A stretch of DNA of 64,000 bases, taken from positions 20,088,001 through 20,152,000 of the forward strand of contig JBNRSN020000020.1 in assembly GCA_051313645.2 (NCBI GenBank), read 5' to 3'. Source of the DNA: Centroscyllium fabricii (lineage: Eukaryota). The position numbers were made by a program, and so were the translations under genes. The notes below the pieces were generated by a model. The model worked only from the letters and a program-made list of their open reading frames with translations, ran no database searches and was not told where the DNA came from. How positions within the stretch are numbered: position 1 is the first letter of the stretch; each line of letters starts with the position of its first letter. Below are positions 24,606-37,138 of this stretch, piece by piece.

Positions 24606-25857
24606 CTGCGACAAAAGGAACAATTTCTCTTATCTGTGACTTCAGTTTCAGCCGTTACTAACCATAGCGATTTGAATCTCTTTTGTAACTGAACGTGAAC
24701 CGGACACAAGCACAAGTGAACCAGACACAAGTGCACTGAGAGCCTCACATCAATTCACTGTAGAGGTGTCAGCTGGTCAGTTATCTACTCTGCTCTCCTG
24801 AAGGACCTGTTTTGTGCTGAAGTACAGTCCCATCTACCCAGCATCTCCGTCGACGGTTGTGGCCATTCTTCACAGTCACATCTAGACAATATTGGCAGGA
24901 TATTTGATCACAATGGTCATCACAGCCAAGCCCAAACCTGTCCTCGTACACTTTCCCACTGGGAGTCCCTGGAGAACAATCAGGAAGCCTAGCTTGGGAT
25001 TTTCCTTAATGCAGGCCACTGAGTTCCTTGTGTTCAGCTTAGAACAGCCTCTAAGTCAGGAATGTCCTGATTCAGGTCAGAGCCAAACAAGACAGAACAA
25101 TTAACTTTAATAATGGAGAATAATGTATTACAAAATAAAGTCAAAAAATTCTGTAATAAACTTAAAGCTGGTTTTTGTGTCTGTGGTTCTGGTAGGTACG
25201 GAGAGCAGCAGGGAGATACAGCACAGTGTGGTCTCACTGAATGACGACTGACAATTTAGTGCAGTTTTGCACTGTGCCCTTTAGAAGCTGGATAGAAATT
25301 ACAGTTTCACTCAGAATCCTTACGGGCAACAGACGGAAGGGACCTTCATCCGGTCAGTCTAGGCAGGATGAAAAACCAGGGGGGTGGATCTTGACTTTGT
25401 GAACTGGGCGATAGCGAATCGGCAGCTCATTTTCCATCTCTCCCCATTATTATTTCCATTGACCTACTGGCACAAGGTCAAGATCTACTGCCAGATATGA
25501 GGCCAATATGAACTACAGTAATAAAATATGCAATCAGGTCAGAAAGATCTTCACTTAACAGGAGTGAATACCTAGGGTTGCAATTCTAACCTAACTCGCC
25601 GGGTGGGAAGCCCTCGGGATCAGGTGGGACGCCGGTTTTCACCCCACCCAATATTACTCTCCGCTGACTTCAATGGAGAGTCACATCGGGCGGGTGTGAA
25701 ACCAGCGTTGCACCCGATCACGTCAGTTTCTTGACCTACGGGTTAGGTTTGAATTGCCCCCTAATATTATTCCATTAGCACTGAACCCAGTGAGTTTAAA
25801 TGGAAAATGTTGAGCGAGCAATCTTCATCTCTCAGGTGTAGAGTCACGTGTACTCAC

Positions 25858-25961
25858 GGTTTTGATTGGTGGCTCAGTGTAGCCTTCCAGCTCATCTTCG
25901 CTAAGGGACTCTTCCTCATCCTCCTCCGATTCCTCACTCTCACTCACATTGCAAGATTTTA
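25858..25961 (-). CDS. MICAL1: MICAL-like acidic exon, 104 nt, phase 1->0: (V)KSCNVSESEESEEDEEESLSEDELEGYTEPPIKT
   Basis: Acceptor tttcttttatgcag and donor ACC|gtgagt; phases match both neighbours. Confidence 0.85.
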
Positions 25962-26172
25962 CTGCATAAAAGAAACATAGAATCACAGAGTAAGGGTCCT
26001 GGCTCTCATGAGAGAGGACGCACAGCGCAATAGAGTTTTGGGAGGCAGGGTCTCACTGTGTGCGAGAGCAGGCCGGGACTCGGGTCACATGCGGCTATGC
26101 GGCGAAATTTGTCCCTTCTGTGCCCATTTTTGGGCGCTAATCGGCCGGCGCTAAGGCGCCAATTTTGCGCCC

Positions 26173-26585
26173 ATAAAGTTATACAGCACAGAAAGAGGCC
26201 CTTCGGCCCATCGCATCCGCGCCAGCCATCAAGCCCAGTCTATTCTAATCCCATTTTCCAGCACTTGGTCCGTCGCCTTGTATGCTATGGTATTTCAAGT
26301 GCTCATCTAAATGCTTCTTGAATGTTGTGAGGGTTCCTGCCTCTACCACCCTTTCAGGCAGTGAGTTCCAGATTCCAACCACCCTCTGGGTGAAAAAATT
26401 CTTCCTCAAATCCCCTCTAAACCTCCTGCCCCTTACCTTGAAACTATGCCCCCTGGTTATTGACCCCTTTACTAAGGGAAAAAGTTCCTTTCTATCTACC
26501 CTATCTATGCCCCTCATAATTTTGTACACCTCACTCAGGTCCCCCCTCAGCCTTCTCTGCTCTAAGGAAAACAACCCCAGGCTAA
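26173..26585 (-). mobile_element. CR1 3' fragment, same subfamily as 50241-51005
   Basis: FSLEQRRLRGDL.EVYKIMRG...WNSLPERVVEAGTL. Confidence 0.9.
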
Positions 26586-26849
26586 GTTGTTGTGCAGTTT
26601 GTGGCAGGAAAGAAAGTGGGTCGAAGAGAAGTCTTCCGGTCAGTGAAAGGAGGAGTTATATTAATGAGATCGCACTCCTCAATTCACTTCACCTGAGTGA
26701 ACTTTGCTCACTTCCCTTCCTGTACCCACATAAAATGAGCAAGTTAGTAGGTCAGCGGCCTGGCCTGTGGTAGCTGGATTCTGAAGGATAGATTGAAAAG
26801 TCATGGCTGTTGGGTGTACAGGTATTTAATTATATTTTAGGTTATTCCA

Positions 26850-27350
26850 CATTGCCTCCTGGTCCAGCAATGGCTTGAATTTAAAATTCTCATCAAATGT
26901 ATTCAAATCTCTTCATGGTCTCACCCCTCCTCAAGTCCAGCAACCCTCTGGGAACTCTGCGTTCATTCAACTCTGGCCTCTTGTGCCGCCCCGATTTCCT
27001 TCGCCCCACCATTAGCGGCCATGCCTTCAGCTGCCTGGGCCTGGAGCTCTGGAATTCAGTCCATAACCCACTCTGCCTCTATACCACTCTGCCACTCTGC
27101 CTCTATACCACTCTGCCACTCTGCCTCTATACCACTCTGCCACTCTGCCTCTATACCACTCTGCCACTCTGCCTCTATACCACTCTGCCACTCTGCCTCT
27201 ATTTCCTCCTTGAAGACACTCCTTAAAACCTACCTCATTTTCCTAATATCTCCTGATGTGGCTCGTTTTCAATTCCTGTCTGATTACGCTCCGGTGAAGC
27301 GCCTTGGGACGTTTTACTACGTTAAAGGCGCTATATAAATACAAGTTGTT
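26850..27350 (+). mobile_element. L2 LINE 3' fragment containing a 24-bp tandem repeat
   Basis: GHAFSCLGLELWNS and L2 tail gttaaaggcgctatataaatacaag. Confidence 0.75.
27068..27202. repeat. Tandem repeat (ccactctgcctctataccactctg), about 5.5 copies
   Basis: Exact 24-bp units. Confidence 0.95.
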
Positions 27351-27699
27351 GATATGGAAGATGCCAGTTTTCTACACTTCGTTAGTTTCTTTGCCACCTT
27401 TTCCTACAGTCGTTGATTGCTGGCTTCAGCTCCCAGACCCGCTCTGCAAGTGTTGGGAGTGTATTAGTGACAGGGACGAGCCTCACAATTCTTGGTTGCC
27501 TGTATGAGTGCACTCATGCCACCGGCGGGCTCAGTCCTGACATTGCCAACATCACGGGGCTGCTGTGTATTCAACCCTGCTGACCCTTCTGTTTTCATTC
27601 TAAACGGGACATGGGCGTCGCTGGCAATTATTCCCTATCCCTTTGAGGACTGTGCCTTGTCGACATATCATAGATTGTCTTTTTAATAAGCAAGAAGAT

Positions 27700-28865
27700 C
27701 GGAAAGACTTGCATTTTTATAGCACCTTTTGCAACCCTACTACGTCGCAAAGCGCTTTACAGCCAATGTCATAGTCATAGAGTTATAACAGCATGGTAGG
27801 AGGCCATTCGGCCCATCGAGTCCGTGCCGGCTCTCTGCAGAGCAATCCAGTCAGTCCCATTCCCCCGCTCTATCCCCGTAGTCCTGCAAGTTTATTTCCC
27901 TCAAGTGCCTATCCAGTCTCTCCTTGAAAACAGTGAGTGTCTCCGCTTCCACCACATCCGTCGGCAGCGAGTTCCAGGTCCTCACCACTCGCTGCGTAAA
28001 AGTTTTTCCTCACATCCCCCCTGTATCTCTTGCCCAAAACTTGAAATCGTTGTACCATCAACTAGTGGGAACAGCCTTTCCTTGTCTAGCCTATCCAAAC
28101 CCGTCATAATCTTGTACACCTCTATCAAATCACTCCTCAACCTCCTTTGCTCTAATGTAAACAAATCCAGCTTCTCCAACCTGTCCTTGTAGCTAAGATC
28201 TCCCATCCCCGGAACCAGTCTGGTAAATCTCCTCTGCACCCTCTCAAGGGCCTTCACATCCATCCTAAAGTGTGGTGACCAGAACTGGACGCAATACTCC
28301 AGTTGTGGCCTAATCAGTGCTTTGTAAAGGTTCAGCGTAACTTCTATACTTTTGTACTCAATACCTCTATTTATGAAGCCCAAGATCCCATATGCTTTGT
28401 TAACCACTCTCGCAATATGTCCTGCCACCTTCAGGGACCTATGCACATTGACTCCCAGGTCCCTCTGTCCCTGCACATTCTTTAAAACTGTGCCATTAAG
28501 TGTATATTGCCTCTCCCTGTTCCTTAACTGAAGAACTTTTGAAGTGTAGTCACTGTTGTAATGTAGGATGCATACAGCAAGATCCCACAAACAGCAACGT
28601 GATAATGACCAGATAATCTGTTTTTTAGTGATGTTGGTTGAGCGATAAATGTTGGCCCGGGAGAAGCCTCCTGCTCTTCTTCAAAAAGTACCATGGGATT
28701 TCTTACATCCACTTGAGAGGGCAGATGTGGCTGCTCACCCAAAAGATGGCACATCTGACAGTGCAGCACTCCCTTAATACCGCACTGGAGTGTCATCCTG
28801 TAGTGGGACTTGAACCCACAACCGTTTGATTCAGAAGCGAGAGTGCTACCCACTGAGCCACGGCT
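27700..28865 (-). mobile_element. Deu-domain SINE split by a CR1 fragment (about 27769-28523, minus strand)
   Basis: SINE tail at 27700-27768, body and head at 28524-28865; CR1 [19 protein letters not shown] in between. Confidence 0.8.
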
Positions 28866-31564
28866 AACGCCAGTAAAGTAAGGTAGGCAGGAGAATAGAT
28901 CTGATAATTAGATTCCCCATCTCTTGGGTTGTCCTGGATCTTGTACCATTTCTTGGCCAAATGGGTTAGTAGGCAACCTGTTCCCTGGACACTGCCAATG
29001 CTCCTATTGAGCCAACTGAGCAGATATGGGGTAACTCAATCACCAATGTTCTATCTCTCCCTGTAGGCAAGTACCTAGACTTTTCTCAGCTTCTCTCTTG
29101 ACATTATGGTTGGGATAGGGAACTCACAATATTGAAAACTAAAATGCCAACATACTGTAGTTAAATGGACCATTTAAGGGTTAAGTCCGCTTGTTCATTT
29201 TAGCACCAGAGTCTTTCTTCTGGTAGCTGATGTAGTGTGTAAAGTCTCGGGGCTAACCTGCAGCTGGTTGTAATCTCTCCTTACACAAGTATAAGTTACT
29301 GCTGGTTGGTGACAGAATAGCTCATCAATGAGACTACAGGTACTGAACCCAAACAGGTCTAAACTAGGCCAATTTAGAAAGAGTTGGGTGTTGATCTGTT
29401 GACAGCTGGGCGCATTTAGATGTGCCAATCCCTTTACTAAAATGGTGCTTCACACATTTGTGTGGCTATTATTGGGTCAGGTTCCCAGTAGTCGGTCTAG
29501 TGATTGTGGCCAATTCCCTGGCAGTCTAGGCAAGGTTCTTTGTTGCTATTGAAATTACTGTATTAAATTTAAATTTAACTCCATTTTTCCACACTGAAAA
29601 TTAGAATTTAGGCAAATGGTCAGCTCTAGGAGTAAGTAGTAAAGAATGGTACTTTCAGGACTGATATCAGGAAATTCCTCTTCACACAAAGAGTGAGCAA
29701 TGGGTGGAATAAACTATCCGATAGAGCAGCACAGGCAAAAACCCTGGAAACAATTGGATGATGCACTGGGAGGTTGTTAGAATTTCTGTGGATGGATGAA
29801 TCAAGATTGGTCTTGGCCTTCCTCATCCCTAATTATCTTGTGATCGCACGAACACTTCAAACATTATCCTTAGTTGGGGGGTGGGGGGAGCCGGAGAGTC
29901 TTCAAACACTCTTAAAGTTGATTTTAATGGTGAAGTGAATCTTCATCATTAACCCATAAGATCTCATTGGTGCCAATGGCCACTAAAGCAAACCCATTGT
30001 GGTTCTCCTCTTCAATGCCCTGTGAGGAGGGAGTTCCTCAACATCTCTTGGTAACAGAAAGTTCTATTGCAACCATTCCAATTTAACTCGGCAATAATAC
30101 AGCAATTACGGAATATTTTCCTAGAAATTTAGAGACTTTGTGGTAGATTTCCCCCCACCCCCGACTTGCGTATTAAAAGGGCCCATCAGCCGGCTTGGGT
30201 GAGTGTAGCGGCTGCCAAGCCACAGGCCCGGGAGAAGATTGCAGCAGCCACAGCGATGGTGGAAATGGGGTGGTAAGTCACCCCCCACCATTTTGGGGGG
30301 CAATAGTGCCCCATTTCCGCTGGATGGGTAGGAGGGGTGGAGGGTGGGACTCAAAATCTATCGTCCATCATTTCCCATTGATAGCTCCCTGAAAGTCTAT
30401 TAGCATCTGCTGCCTGCTCTGTTACAACACCGAGTGCGTCTACTTGCACATCAACCCCCCGCACCCCCCCCCCCCCCCCCAGTGAAACAGCAGATGTAAG
30501 TGTAAAGGAGTCTGCTTTCTTCACTTTACACTGAGATCTGCCTTTTCCCTACGATTAGCCCCTGGATGTTATTTGAGGAAGACCGGGGCGGTTAATGAAC
30601 ACCCAAACTAACTGAGCATCACTAACCTGGATTTTCAGTGTTTTTTTCTGTTAACATATATATATGAAAATGTATGCAAGATACAAACTGCATAACAAAT
30701 GACATTGGTACATAAGAACATAAGAAGTAGGAGCAGGAGTAGGGCATGCGGCCCTTCGTGCCATTTAATAGGATCATGGCTGAGCCCAACTTAGATTCAT
30801 GTCCACTTCCCTGCCCAATACATGTATTGTATACTTTTCAGGTAGAAGCTGTATACTACTTGGACAGATGTTACTACTTGCACAGAGTATGTACAGTGTT
30901 TATATCATTGGACATTGACCAGTGAAATTTGTCTCCTCCATGACCAACACCATTTGACCTGCTCTCATGTGTTGGTTCTCTTTGCTATGGTGACCCTATA
31001 GACTGATGAGTTTACAGCTCGCAGACACAAGCAACAGACACACAGACAGGCCACACAGTACCATCCAGTTGAATGGTCAGATTTTACCCAGTGCCCACTG
31101 TATTACGTAGCATTGGGGGGTTCAAATTATGGCCCAGGAGCCTGTAAGGCACGCATATCCGGGTGACTTAATTCCTCCTGGTGACTTAATTTCTATTTGT
31201 GCTTCGATTTCTCACTCTGCTGGTTTCTCCTGATTGAATATCCTGGGCCTGGAGATTTTGAAAGGTTCTCGGTACTGTTCCCTTATTGGCATCATGGGTT
31301 TGGCCAGTTTCCAGGCAGGTTTGAGGTAAAGACAGTCGAAAGTTGGCCACAGCTCACCACCATACTGGGCCATCTTACTCATAGATGCCACAAAATTACA
31401 GAGTATGGAGAAATTGAAAGTTGAGCTAATGCTTTAGGGAGGTCATTGCCTCAGGCTGGTGTCTAGAGCCGTTAGGAGGGTAATGTTTTAAAGAGCCTGC
31501 AGTGCATCTGCCCAGTGCTACACCTGTCCCGTGAGGGCCAACAGTCAAACTGGGTGTCTTTTTC

Positions 31565-32920
31565 TTTATTCACTCATGGGATATGGCTGTCATAGCAAGC
31601 CCAGCATTTATTGCCCATCTCTAATTGCCCTTGAGAAGGTGGTGGTGAGCTGTCTTCTTGAACCACTGCAGTCGGTGTGGTGAAGGTGCTCCCACAGTGC
31701 TGTTAGGGAGGGAGTTCCAGAATTTTGACCCAGTGACGATGAAGGAACGGCGATATACTTCCAAGTCAGGATGGTGTGTGACTTGGAGGGGAACTTGGAG
31801 GTAGTGGTGTTCCCATGCGCCTGCTGCCCTTGTCCTTCTAGGTGGGAGAACGCAGGTTTAGGATGTGCTGCCGAAGAAGCCATGGCGAGTTGCTGCAGTG
31901 CTTATAAGAACATAAGAAATAGGAGCAGGAGTAGGCCAATCACCCCTCAAGCCTGCTCAGCCATTTAACAAGAGCATGGCTGATCTGATCCTAACCTCAA
32001 TTTTATTTTTTACTCTCCATCCCGCCCAAACCCATGTGGCAAAAAACCAGATAAAAAACCCAGTGGCCAATTTGGGAGAAAAAATCTGGGAAATTCCTCT
32101 CCGACCCATCTAGGCGATCGAAAACTGGTCCAGGAGATCACATGGCCGGTCTGAACCTAGCCTCACGTCCACTTACCTGCCCGCTCACCATAACCCCTAA
32201 TTCCCTTTACTTCCAGGAAACTGTCTATCTCTGTTTTAAATTTATTCAATGTAGTAGCTTCCACGGCTCTCTGGGGCAGCAAATTCCACAGCCTCATCTC
32301 AGTTTTGAAATGGCAGCCCCTTATTTTAAGATTATGCCCCCTAGTCCTAGTTTCACCCACCATTGGGAACATCCTCACCGCATCCACCCGATCAAGCCCT
32401 CTCACAATCTTATATGTTTCAATAAGATCGCCTCTCATTCTTCTGAACTCCAATGAGTAGAGGCCCAATCTACTCAGCCTCTCATCATATGTTAGCCCCC
32501 TCATCCCCGGAATTAACCTAGTGAACCTTCTTTGCACTGCCTCGAGAGCAAGTATGTCCTTCTTGTAGTTGGTACACACTGCAGCCACGGTACGCCGGTG
32601 GTGGAGGGAGTAAATGTATAAGGTAACGGATGGGGTGCCAATCAAGCGGGCTGCTTGTCCTGGATGGTATCGAGCTTCTTGAGTGTTGTTGGAGCTGCAC
32701 TCATCCAGGGAAGTGGAGAGTATTCCATCACACTCCTGACTTGTGCCTTGTAGATGGAGGAAAGGCTTTAGGGAGTCAGAAGCTGAGACACTCACTGCAG
32801 AATTCCCAGCCCCTGACCTGCTCTTGTAGCCACAGTATTTACGTGGCTGGTTCAGTTATGTTTCTGGTTAATGTTGACCCCCACGATGTTGATGGTGGGG
32901 GGATTCAACAATAGTAATGC
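31565..32920 (-). mobile_element. 3' part of the 529-3607 LINE family with nested CR1 (about 31905-32563)
   Basis: Colinear with 530-1230 outside the CR1. Confidence 0.85.
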
Positions 32921-33317
32921 CATCTGCAGTGAGAAGAAGTTGTCTCACCCCCTCATCGCAAGCAATACATAGTGAGAACAGAACAAAGGGTAGCACGCAA
33001 AACAAAGCTGCATCTGACTGGATGTTAATTTTCCCAATTTCCTTCCCTGACCCCACCCCCTCGGCCCGCTGGAATCTTTCCGAAGTAGCCACTCTTCATG
33101 GAGGTGCCAATTCCAATTCAGTGTTTTTGTGTGGAATTTCAATGGTCTAAATCACTTCCAAATTATTCATGTGTAATTCAAATGGACTAAACAACTTTTA
33201 GCCATCATCAATGCACAGAATGTCAGTGTGCTGAACCATTTCTGATTCACTTTTAAGGGACAGATGGGTTGGGAAGATTTCCTCTGTGCGCTTTATGTAC
33301 TAAAATATGAAGAAGCG

Positions 33318-33968
33318 GTTTGAGAATAAAGACGTCTTACTGCAATTATATAGGGCCCTGGTGAGTCCACACCTGGAGTACTGTGTACAGTTTTGGTCTC
33401 CTTACCTAAGGAAGGATATATGGCCTACTCCTGCTCCTATCTTCTATGTTTCTATGTTTCTATACTTGTCATAGAGGGAGTACAACGAAGGTTCACCAGA
33501 CTGGTTCCTGGGATGGGGGGATTGTCCTATGAGGAGAGATTGAGTAGACTAGGCCTATATTCTCTAGAGTTTAGAAGAACGAGAGGTGATCTCATTGAAA
33601 CATACAAAATTCTTACAGGGCTTGACAGGGTAGATGCAGGGAGGATGTTTCCCCTGGGCTGGGGAGTCTAGAACCAGGGGTCACAGTCTCAGAATAAGCG
33701 GTCGGCCATTTAAGACTGAGATGAGGAGAAATTTCTTCACTCAGAGGGCGGTGAATCTTTGGAATTCTCTACCCCAGAGGTCTGTGGAGGCTCAGTCGTT
33801 GAGTCAAGAAAGAGATCAATAGATTTTTGAATATTAAGGGATTCAAGGGATATGGGGATCAGACGGGAAAGTGGAGATGAGGCAGAAGATCAGCCATGAT
33901 CTTACTGAATGGCGGAGCAGACTCAAGGGGCCAAATGGTCAACTCCTGCTCCTATTTCTTATGTTCTT
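33318..33968 (+). mobile_element. CR1 3' fragment with a nested 44-nt CR1 tail
   Basis: RRFTRLVPGMGGLSYEERLSRLGLYSLEF. Confidence 0.88.
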
Positions 33969-34283
33969 AACTCTGTGTTACACATAGAGCACAGAGGAAC
34001 CCCCCTCTTGCTGGGTAGCCTTCCAGTGAACCAAACGAAGCGCAATTCACTCTTGATGTATCAGGGTCAATTTCCCTTTTCAGTGGTCCCGGCATGGAAC
34101 TGGGTCCTCCAGGAACAACATACCAGAGATTTGTGCTCCTGCAAACCTTGATTTTCTGCCTCAATGGGGAGAAGATCACGGGCTGCCTGGGCACAACTTC
34201 CTGATGTGTGCTCCTGGAAGATGTGGTTCTGCACTGGGAGGGAATAGAGCTCCAGCAGGCCAAATCACTTCCAATTCCCTGTC

Positions 34284-34483
34284 ATAACAACAGAAAACGC
34301 TGGAGAAACTCAGCAGGCCAGGCAGCATCGGTGGAGAGAGGAACAGAGTTAACATTCCAGGTCGATGACCTTTTTTCAAAGGTCAACTCTGCTCCTCTCT
34401 CCACCGATGCTGCCTGGCCTGCTGAGTTTCTCCAGCGTTTTCTGTTGTTATTTCAGATTTCCAGCATCTGCAGTATTTTGTTA
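34284..34483. mobile_element. Palindromic Penelope-like-derived element
   Basis: 67-bp inverted arms with 1 mismatch; 14-bp direct repeat tccaattccctgtc on both flanks. Confidence 0.7.
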
Positions 34484-34674
34484 TCCAATTCCCTGTCGTT
34501 GTGTCAAACTCCCAGCCAGCTCTGCTACAGTGCCATTGCCTAGCACTCCGGTCAACAAAATTATTTCCAATTCTCTGCCATTATTGGCACAAATTCCAAG
34601 CTATGATGAAACCTCACCACATCAAACATCGTCAATCCAATGCCAACTATCACAAAGAGACCAACAGTTTAAGG

Positions 34675-35156
34675 CAGGGGTCCCCAACCGCCAGGCCGCG
34701 GCCCAGTATCGGGCCGTGGAACATTTTTACCGGGCCGCAGCGGCAGAAGGAATGTTCGCCGCCCGCACCCCAGCTCCCTCCGCCCCGGGCCGCAGCCGCA
34801 GAAGGAATGTTCGGCGCCCGCACCCCAGCTCCCTCCACCCCGGGCCGCAGCCGCCGAAGGAATGTTCGCCGCCCGCACCCCAGCTCCCTCCGCCCCGGGC
34901 CGCAGAAGGAATGTTCGCCGCCCGCACCGCAGCACCCCCCGCCCCGCGAAAACTCCCCCGCCAGCACCCCCCCCCCCCTCCGGTCCATCCAAAAAGGCAG
35001 CAGCACCCCCCCCCCCCCCGGCCCGTCCAAAAACCCTCGCCAGCACCCCCCCCCCCCGGCCCGTCCAAAAACCCTCGCCAGCACCCCCCCCCCGGTCCGT
35101 GAAAAAATTGTCTAGCTCAAAATGGTCCGTGGTCCAAAAAAGGTTGGGGACCGCTG
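34675..35156. mobile_element. hAT (Charlie-like) MITE with internal GC-rich tandem repeats
   Basis: TIR caggggtccccaacc / ggttggggaccgctg; perfect 8-bp TSD gtttaagg. Confidence 0.92.
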
Positions 35157-35162
35157 GTTTAA

Positions 35163-35970
35163 GGGGTGAATTTTCCAGGAGGTGCAGGGAATTGTCAGGT
35201 TTGTCAGGTTTCTGACCCGAATGTTAAAGGGCCTGGGAGCCCCATGCAATTTTGGCTCAATTGGCCAATTAATTCCCCGCGTGTGGGAACCCCCGGCCAA
35301 TTGATTGTTTTAAGACAGAAAGTGGGCGGGGTTTCTGGTGTGTAACCACCAGACCCATGATTGACAGCTCTAACTAGTCTGTTCTGTTTCTTTCAGTTGA
35401 TTCAGTGGATTGTGACATCACAAAGCACTGTCAACAGAAGCTAACCACAAGTCGATGATTGACAGCTCTAAGTGGTTTGTTTCACTGGCAGCCTCCTGAC
35501 AGCTAGGAAAGGCCTATCTGTCAATCATTAGAAAGCAGCTGGAAAATAAGTTTTTGAAAGGTTTTTTCCCACTAATCTTGATCACCCTAGGGAGACAGTT
35601 AGACCTCCAGCATGCTAGAGGCCAGGGAGGCATTCTGCTACAGGTGTTTCAATGCCTTGAAGGTGAAAGTCAGTAAACTGAATGTGTCCCCGCTAGGTTT
35701 CGCCAGCGTGGTTTCAGGCTGGCCGGTTATGGGTGGGAAGCGCTTCAAAATCACAGGGAGCCCTTAAAATGGCATTATACATGCCAATTAAGGGTCCCTA
35801 ATGAGCCTAACGACCATCCATGCTGGTTGCCGACGGGAAAGATTCGGGGTGGGTAGACACGGCGGCGGGAAATCACAAAGCGGCGGGGATCCTGCGGGGG
35901 CGGGTGTGGTCAGGACCCCCCGGTTTTGCAATTTTGTGGCCCGCCTCACGGCGCAATGAAAATTTACCCC
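35163..35970. mobile_element. PIF/Harbinger-like MITE, about 800-bp family, orientation B
   Basis: TIR ggggtgaattttc / gaaaatttacccc, flanks taa/tca; homologous to 48222, 58195 and 62040. Confidence 0.8.
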
Positions 35971-36756
35971 TCAATATCTGATCACTTGGATAAAATATAT
36001 TGAATGGCTATTTTAGTTTACAGGTTAGGGAAGATTAGATGGTGGTGATAAACACGCCATGCTTATCTGTAAGTTATTGAAATACTCAGGAATTCCCAAT
36101 GGTTGTGTGTGCTTAACCAGTCAGTAGATGGACCAACAGAGCAGGAAGCTCACAGCAATGATTCCCCACCTGTGCTGTGTTAGCGCATCTCGCCTGGGCA
36201 GTAATAGGGGTGCTATAATTGGCCACACTTTCCCTGAATTAGGCTGGAAATAAATTGGCTACTGTTCCTGCTTCAGATCACTGTCCAGTGGCTATGTGTG
36301 TGGATCTCAGGCGCGCTCTCGACCGGGGTCAGTTGTGATGCACTTCGGATCAAACGACCAATCAGTATGCACCGTCTAGGCTTGTACATTCATTTGGACA
36401 CAGTACCAGAGAGTGTTCAGGGCCTGTGCAATTGTACCCCAGTACAGAGTCAATCCTTTAGAGGGAGGGTCAGAGAAAATAGGTGAGGAAAAACGGCCCA
36501 AAATACTCATACCCTCGTCCAAGCAAATTGGGCTAGATCTTATGAATTAGCATTTCTCATGCAGGGCTTTTTGGGAGAACTGGAAATCATCATGAAAGGA
36601 AATGACTGGCTCCAACCTATGTTCAGCTCTTTGGTTTCCAGCGCTACGGTGCATCTTTCTGGGTGCTTGATCTATGGTAAAACTCTCCAGGAGCCAGCTC
36701 TGTGGGTACCGTGTGAAGCGAAGACATTCGGGAAAAGATGTGTGAGTGCACATGTT

Positions 36757-37138
36757 TTTATTCATTCACAGGATGTGGGCGACGCCAACAAGGTCTGCAT
36801 TTATTCCCCATCCCTAATTGCCCGCGAGCAGCCTTCTCGAATAAATGACTTGCTGGGCCATTTCAGAGGGCAGTTAAGAGTCAACCACATTGCTGTGGGT
36901 CTGGAGTCCTTAGCCAGACCAGGTAAGGACATTAGTGAACCGGATGGGTTTTTATGACAATCCAGTAGTTTTATGGTCACCATTAAATGATACTAACTTT
37001 TTATTCCAGATTTATTTAATTAATTTAATTTAAACTCCCCAATTGCCATAGTCAGATTTGAACCCACATCTCTGAGATCCATTAGTCCAGGCCTTTGGAT
37101 TACTAGTCCACTAACATAACCACGATGCTATCGTACCC
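36757..37138 (-). mobile_element. Second SINE-like deletion derivative of the tRNA-headed LINE
   Basis: Head and 5' region fused to about 85 nt of 3' tail at a different junction (about 36840). Confidence 0.8.

Noticed and set aside
34350-34385. Active hammerhead ribozyme in the Penelope-like hairpins
   Set aside because: A stem II-like aggtc/gacct is present, but the CUGANGA and GAAA cores are mutated or truncated in the copies here.
34365-35215. Pro/Ala/Arg-rich ORFs of 110-245 aa
   Set aside because: They span a hairpin element and the GC-rich tandem repeats of a hAT MITE.
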